Shown: one piece after another, positions 34,947-42,551 of the stretch
Layout of the letters: every line of letters starts with the position of its first letter
How positions within the stretch are numbered: the first letter of the stretch is position 1
NCBI RefSeq assembly: GCF_001194135.2
Contig: NC_068982.1
Span: 173,488,130-173,530,680 of the forward strand
Direction of reading: 5' to 3'
From: Octopus bimaculoides
Taxonomy: Eukaryota
DNA length: 42,551 bases
Position numbers and translations under genes: made by a program
The notes under the pieces: generated by a model
Databases searched by the model: none
The model's input: the letters and a program-made list of their open reading frames with translations, nothing else
What the model was told of the DNA's origin: nothing

Positions 34947-35578
34947 NNNNNNNNNNNNNNNNNNNNNNNNNNNNNNNNNNNNNNNNNNNNNNNNNNNNNN
35001 NNNNNNNNNNNNNNNNNNNNNNNNNNNNNNNNNNNNNNNNNNNNNNNNNNNNNNNNNNNNNNNNNNNNNNNNNNNNNNNNNNNNNNNNNNNNNNNNNNNN
35101 NNNNNNNNNNNNNNNNNNNNNNNNNNNNNNNNNNNNNNNNNNNNNNNNNNNNNNNNNNNNNNNNNNNNNNNNNNNNNNNNNNNNNNNNNNNNNNNNNNNN
35201 NNNNNNNNNNNNNNNNNNNNNNNNNNNNNNNNNNNNNNNNNNNNNNNNNNNNNNNNNNNNNNNNNNNNNNNNNNNNNNNNNNNNNNNNNNNNNNNNNNNN
35301 NNNNNNNNNNNNNNNNNNNNNNNNNNNNNNNNNNNNNNNNNNNNNNNNNNNNNNNNNNNNNNNNNNNNNNNNNNNNNNNNNNNNNNNNNNNNNNNNNNNN
35401 NNNNNNNNNNNNNNNNNNNNNNNNNNNNNNNNNNNNNNNNNNNNNNNNNNNNNNNNNNNNNNNNNNNNNNNNNNNNNNNNNNNNNNNNNNNNNNNNNNNN
35501 NNNCAATTACACAAACACATTCATACTTAAACACATATTTATTATCTATGACATTCTTCCCCTTCCTTTCTTTCTTAT

Positions 35579-35643
<65 letters not shown>

Positions 35644-35929
35644 TTATCTCTATCTCTCCCCCCTTTTTTCTTTCAGTTTCTCTTTCTCTCTCTGTCGGAT
35701 ATACTTAATCTTAAACCACACACACTTCTTCGTTGTAGTCACACACATGAATAGATACATATATACATACAAACACACGAATATGTGCACAATGACACAC
35801 ACACACACACATGCGCATTCAAGCTTCCTCACTCATTCCCTCTTACACACACTCTCACACACACACACATACATATACACACACGTACACACACACACAC
35901 ACACACACAGACACATATATATATATAGA

Positions 35930-35932
35930 TAT

Positions 35933-36027
<95 letters not shown>

Positions 36028-36356
36028 CATACATATACATACATATACATATACATACATACGCACACATACATACACACTCACATACGTACACACGTGC
36101 GTACAAGCACACTCACACGTGCGCAGGAACACACATTCACACACATACACACATATACACACACGTGTATATGTGTGTATATAGCTTTACACGCATATAC
36201 ACATGTATAACCATGCACTCACTCATCAGTTTCCACACTTCTATACATATTGACTTTCAACTGTGGATATTTGCATTCTTAACCTCCCCGCTCTTATCCA
36301 TACTACTTATGTACTCTTCTTCTTCTTCTTCTTCTTCTTCTTCTTCTTCTTCTTCT

Positions 36357-36391
<35 letters not shown>

Positions 36392-36539
36392 TTCTTCTCC
36401 TCCTCCTACTTCTCTTTATAGCCTCCTTGGATCTGCAAACAGAGGAAGAAAATCTATGCCTTTTGCTGTTGTGTTTATGTATATATGTATGTATGTAGGT
36501 ATGTATGTATGTATGTATGTATGTATGTATGTATGTATG

Positions 36540-36577
<38 letters not shown>

Positions 36578-36641
36578 CTTATATTTATATATGTATATAT
36601 GTATGTATGCATATATATATATGTATTTATATATATATATG

Positions 36642-36701
<60 letters not shown>

Positions 36702-36726
36702 TGTATGTATGTATATATATTGTGTT

Positions 36727-36760
<34 letters not shown>
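35930..36760. repeat. Large compound microsatellite block: (TA)n, (TTC)n, (TATG)n, (ATCT)n, (TG)n
   Basis: Directly visible. Confidence 0.95.
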
Positions 36761-36761
<1 letters not shown>

Positions 36762-36981
36762 GTCTGGGTGTTTGCATGTGTGTATCTACAAGTGATTGTG
36801 CTCGTGCACGAGTGTATGGTCTTCATTACACTACCTTGAAATAAAAGCTGATAGTAAATCCATACATACAAACGCACGTAAAACACACAAGGGCACGTTT
36901 ATAAATGCACGTATATTGACCTGTGTATATGTGTGAGTGTGCGTATGTATATACGTTTGCGTGTATGCATGTATTTTTGCA

Positions 36982-37046
<65 letters not shown>

Positions 37047-37508
37047 CGGATAACCAGACAAGAAGAAGGCAAATAAAACAGCGAACCAAGTAAATATTTT
37101 ATTTGCGGCAATGTGGGAGTCCCTTCTCTTTACAACAAATAGACCCTCAAACAGTTCCCAGTTTACGAAACAGATACAAAGAAAAAAATAAATATATATT
37201 AAAAAAAAAAATCAACTGTCTTCGTTCTGAAGTCCTGGGACCCCTCTTAACTCACCCCCATTTGCACACATTTAAACTGTAAGGTGACTGAGGACAGTAC
37301 AGTCAATAAACAGAGGGGTCTGAATTGAGCGCGGAGTCATTTGAAGTGATTTGGCGAGTTAAGTAGTGTTACGTAGACAACTGAAGGATGATCCACATTC
37401 AATGAAGTGTTCAAACTCTTCGGAATAAGAGCACACAAATCCGTCATTCAACCACTTCAATAAAATCAAATACGTGTAGCGTACTTGGGCATACACGTAT
37501 GTACACAC

Positions 37509-37563
<55 letters not shown>

Positions 37564-37690
37564 CTCATTCTCATTAAAAAGTAGACGTTTTTTATGTACA
37601 TATATATTACTATAAATATATGATTTATGTATATATACTAATGAATATCTGCGTCTATGTGCTTATGTATATATATTTTTTATTGCTTAG

Positions 37691-37749
37691 TCCGACGTAG
37701 AAAATGCAATGCCCAGGACACATTCCATGGCCTTTGAAAACGATTTGAG
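37691..37749 (+). CDS. Candidate internal coding exon (59 nt, phase 0 to 2) of an unidentified gene
   Basis: Acceptor tttttattgcttAG and donor GAG|gtaagg. Only one frame is open: SDVENAMPRTHSMAFENDL. Confidence 0.45.
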
Positions 37750-39717
37750 GTAAGGAGGAAATTATTCCCTGATCAGAGACCTGTCCCAAATGTGTCGACT
37801 CTATTAAAAGCACTTAAAAGCTATGTTATAATGTGTAACGGATTGACAGATTAAGTCTACCATCTACGAACAGAAATGTTGCTGCCTTCGACAGGCTTTC
37901 ATACAGTTTCACAAATTTTACTCTATATGTGTTGTTGGGTAGTTACAGATATTGATATATGCTAATACGATTTAGGTCCATGCACTTTTGTGTTAATATA
38001 TTCAAATGTACATGTTATACTATATAATGCAACATACATGGTATATTATTAATATTTCTTATATTATACATGATCTGCAAAGGTAAGAGATTGTTGTAAA
38101 AAAGACAAACTTTTTTTAATGAAGAATAAAAGCTGTGCGCTCGCGCGCTCACACACACACACACACAGACACACAAAAACAAAACAAAAACAAGCATATT
38201 CACGCATGTACATGCACTCTATCCCACGTTAGGTGATGGTAAACCAAACAAGAAAAAGCTGAGAGCCACAAGTTCCCTGGCTTTAATCCTATTTAAGAGA
38301 TCATATATTCGTTTTGATTATCACAAAGTTTGTTCATTGCTGGCCTGTAAATAAAAATAGAAACATACAGCTAATGCAGTCAAGTTATTGGTAAAGAGCT
38401 GAAATCTAACTTTTTTATTCATGAGTTCAGCAATTCAAGATTTACCATTGAACCTTAGGAGGGGCATTATGCTGGTATTAATAAATACACGCACTGGTTC
38501 GTTCCTTTATTGTTCGTGTTCTTTCTTTTTTTTTTTTTTTGTCAAATAATTATTTCATCGTATTTTTGCAATCTCTTCAGAAATAACAAAACGAACAATA
38601 TTGAACAATAACAATAAAGGACCTAACCAGCGCGTGTGTTTGTTATTACCGGCATAATGCCTATCCGAAGGTTCAATAGTATTTCTTTCAACTCACGAAT
38701 TTACATCAAGAATATTGCATACTAAATACAAATACGAACTAATTCAAGATTTGATTTATTTTAAACATGAGATAAAATAAGGTTGAAGAGAAAATGTGTC
38801 TTATACTCTGAGTATTATTGAAGAGATATACAAAGGTGGGGTATGAGTAAAAGTGTAAAAAAGAAAGAAAAAAAAGAAAGAAAACAAGAGTCAAGAAGAG
38901 ACTCGAATACACATCGACACGAGGTTTCGGTGTAATTACTGCTATAGTAGCAAGCAGTTGTGGACCATTTTATAGTGAATGTTGCTTGCTGTTTGCACTT
39001 ATTAACCTGCACATTAACTATTTTTCAGAATTGTACATATTGTAGTTCTCCACTTATAGTGGGACAATGGAACCCTAAAACTGATGGCAACATCTCTCAT
39101 TCATTTACACACACACACACACACACGCACACACACACACACACGCACACACACACACACATAAAGTATTTGTTTTTTTTTTTGTATTTTGCTTACAACC
39201 GATCAAGCTATTATTTGATCAAAAGGCAATTTGAGATATAGCAATCTAGTCCAAGATACACAGAAATAGAGTAACTCGGAATACAATATCTTACAGTGTG
39301 CCGTCCACTTCTTTTAAGGTGGTAGGGTGTGATATAAAAGATTTGGTGGCTATTTCAACATGCAGGTCGAATTATCTAGAAAAAGTTTTCATTTACAGTT
39401 GGTAACAATCTAGATACTAATACGAAAAGTCAACTTCGGCCACCACCACATCATACATATTATTACTAAAAAATATAATAGTGGCCCATTTAATAAGACT
39501 TAGAACCATAACCTTCACTATTTCTAAGACAAACTGTAAGACCGGTGCAACCGGTACAACCACCACTATCACCATCTTTACTAATGATAGCAGAACTACA
39601 AAAGCTACATTAATTACAACCACAAGTGCAGCCTTCTCTACTATATATACATCATGAATGCCTCAAAATCCCAAGAACATAATCTCCCACCTCTACTCTT
39701 ATTACTATGACAACATT

Positions 39718-39905
39718 AAGGCGGCAAGCTGGCAAAATGCTCGTCTTTACATTCTGAGTTCAAATTTCGCCGAAGTCGACTTTGCCTTTCATCCTATCGG
39801 TGTCGATAAAATAAGTACCAGTCGAATATTGGGGTCTATGTAATCGACTTAAATTCTCCCCCAAAATTTCAGGCATTATACCTGCAGCAGAAAGGATTAT
39901 TACTA
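39718..39905 (+). mobile_element. SINE family A with internal deletion in the head and an att-type tail
   Basis: aaggcggcaagctggcaaaatg|ctcgtctttacattctgagttcaaatttcgccgaagtcgactttgcctttcatcc..agaaaggattattac. Confidence 0.9.
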
Positions 39906-39987
39906 TCACACCACCATTATCAAAGCCACGGCAAACGTAGCTATTCTCATCACCATGACTACTCTAACCAATACCATAAGTTCCCCA

Positions 39988-40389
39988 CGAGGGGAACTTT
40001 CTAGGTCCAATCCCGTGGTCATTCATGACACAAGGGGGTCTTTACCCTTTTAATTAATATATATTTGATCGCATCAATGACCATGGAATTGCACCTAGAA
40101 AGTTCTCCTTTCGAGGCACAAGTCCGGGCAAAGATGTTTATGGAAGACCAGCAGTCGCCCACACATACCGGCTTCCCCTTTTCACGCCATTGATGTTATG
40201 TAACGAAAGGCGAAGACCGATACATTTTGGTACCAGTGACTTCGCAACTCATTTCTACAACTGTAGGAACTGGAGCAACGTGAAACAAAGTGACTTGTCC
40301 AAGAACACAACACACTGCTCGGTCCAGTAATGGAACTCACAACCTCAAGATTGTAAGCCCGACGCTCTTACCACTGAGCCATACGCCTT
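39988..40389. mobile_element. Two SINE family C copies tail-to-tail (+ fragment 39988-40075; - copy 40076-40389)
   Basis: ggggaactttctaggtccaatcccgtggtcatt is mirrored by aatgaccatggaattgcacctagaaagttctcc. The minus copy has A-box tggctcagtggtaagagcg. Confidence 0.88.
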
Positions 40390-40716
40390 CTCCAACACTA
40401 ACACCATCACAATCATCATTATCAAAAACCCCACCTGGAACGCCACCACAAGCACCACAACCACAACCACCACCATCACCACAACCACAATTACAACCAT
40501 AGCATAAAAACAATTTGGTTAATTGCTCCGGTATTTGATTAGCTGGTATTCCTTAAGAAATAAAAATATCTTATCACTAAAAGTTATCCAATGAATGTCA
40601 GCTGTTACATATTTTTCTCCTCCTTATTCCACTAAAATATCATCACAGATTCTATCTATCTGTTTTGATGTATTACATTATATTTGGTTAAATAATATTT
40701 TAATTTAACTGTATTC

Positions 40717-40770
<54 letters not shown>

Positions 40771-41742
40771 NNNNNNNNNNNNNNNNNNNNNNNNNNNNNN
40801 NNNNNNNNNNNNNNNNNNNNNNNNNNNNNNNNNNNNNNNNNNNNNNNNNNNNNNNNNNNNNNNNNNNNNNNNNNNNNNNNNNNNNNNNNNNNNNNNNNNN
40901 NNNNNNNNNNNNNNNNNNNNNNNNNNNNNNNNNNNNNNNNNNNNNNNNNNNNNNNNNNNNNNNNNNNNNNNNNNNNNNNNNNNNNNNNNNNNNNNNNNNN
41001 NNNNNNNNNNNNNNNNNNNNNNNNNNNNNNNNNNNNNNNNNNNNNNNNNNNNNNNNNNNNNNNNNNNNNNNNNNNNNNNNNNNNNNNNNNNNNNNNNNNN
41101 NNNNNNNNNNNNNNNNNNNNNNNNNNNNNNNNNNNNNNNNNNNNNNNNNNNNNNNNNNNNNNNNNNNNNNNNNNNNNNNNNNNNNNNNNNNNNNNNNNNN
41201 NNNNNNNNNNNNNNNNNNNNNNNNNNNNNNNNNNNNNNNNNNNNNNNNNNNNNNNNNNNNNNNNNNNNNNNNNNNNNNNNNNNNNNNNNNNNNNNNNNNN
41301 NNNNNNNNNNNNNNNNNNNNNNNNNNNNNNNNNNNNNNNNNNNNNNNNNNNNNNNNNNNNNNNNNNNNNNNNNNNNNNNNNNNNNNNNNNNNNNNNNNNN
41401 NNNNNNNNNNNNNNNNNNNNNNNNNNNNNNNNNNNNNNNNNNNNNNNNNNNNNNNNNNNNNNNNNNNNNNNNNNNNNNNNNNNNNNNNNNNNNNNNNNNN
41501 NNNNNNNNNNNNNNNNNNNNNNNNNNNNNNNNNNNNNNNNNNNNNNNNNNNNNNNNNNNNNNNNNNNNNNNNNNNNNNNNNNNNNNNNNNNNNNNNNNNN
41601 NNNNNNNNNNNNNNNNNNNNNNNNNNNNNNNNNNNNNNNNNNNNNNNNNNNNNNNNNNNNNNNNNNNNNNNNNNNNNNNNNNNNNNNNNNNNNNNNNNNN
41701 NNNNNNNNNNNNNNNNNNNNNNNNNNNNNNNNNNNNNNNNNN

Positions 41743-42003
<261 letters not shown>

Positions 42004-42261
42004 CTCACATATATACATGTATACATACACACACACACACACGCACACACACATATATGCATGTATATATGTGTATATACATCTGCACATATATATATGT
42101 ATATATATAGAGGTATATGTATAGATGTATATGTATACATGCATATGTATAGATGCATATGTATATATGTATATATGCACATGTATACATTTAGAAACAT
42201 GTAAAACAAAAAAAATATCTATGTCATTTTAATCTCAAGCAACGCCGCATATCTCTGCTAG

Positions 42262-42298
<37 letters not shown>

Positions 42299-42441
42299 GT
42301 AGTATATTGCCACTTAAGTGTGGCTGACCCCTAGGGGTGGATGTTACTGTTGCTTTTAGCCCCAGGAGGACATCTCCTCCAGCTGGCTTATCGACACACG
42401 ACTGTGTCCTGTTTGCCAAGGGAAGTTATCCCTCTCACCTC

Positions 42442-42510
42442 GGTCTGCAGCACGAACGTATCCGGATTTCAGGGTTATTTCCCTTCGTCGGCGTTCGACA
42501 GCTGATGACC
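42442..42510 (-). ncRNA. Type I hammerhead ribozyme with extended stem I, inside a repeat spanning about 42300 to the window end
   Basis: Minus strand: GGTC at CAGC tgt CGAACG CCGACGA AGGG aaataa CCCT GAA ATCCGGAT A CGTTCG t GCTG ca GACC. Stem I is 6+4+4 bp, stem II is 4 bp, stem III is an 8-nt palindrome and the triplet is AUA. The core differs from CUGANGA only by U4C. Confidence 0.85.
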
Positions 42511-42551
42511 TTGGTGAGAGAGACAAAAACCTGGCAAACTTATATCTTCTT

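Noticed and set aside
42502-42508. CTGATGA on the + strand
   Set aside because: No stem II or GAAA follows; it is the complement of the distal stem I of the - strand ribozyme.

Overview
AT-rich, microsatellite-saturated animal DNA with 11 N-gaps. The SINE families and repeat load point to an octopus or other cephalopod, which is my inference. There is no complete intact protein-coding gene, and nearly all ORFs in the supplied track are microsatellite or N-gap artefacts. The window is mostly retroelements and DNA-transposon fossils: three tRNA-derived SINE families, an RTE-like LINE, Penelope-like pieces, three R4/Dong-like insertions in (TAA)n arrays, and Tigger/pogo, mariner and possibly hAT transposase relics, plus a 359-bp foldback MITE. 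The most notable finding is a set of type I hammerhead-ribozyme folds in at least four unrelated repeat contexts. The best, at 42442-42510 (- strand), has perfect stems, a palindromic stem III and a Schistosoma-like UGU bulge and loop II. A tandem pair 268 nt apart at 34107 and 34375 resembles a Penelope pLTR or retrozyme. Three small + strand candidate exons (1883-1959, one ending at 19171, 37691-37749) may belong to a long-intron gene with two alternative first exons that each end in ACCATG|GT.
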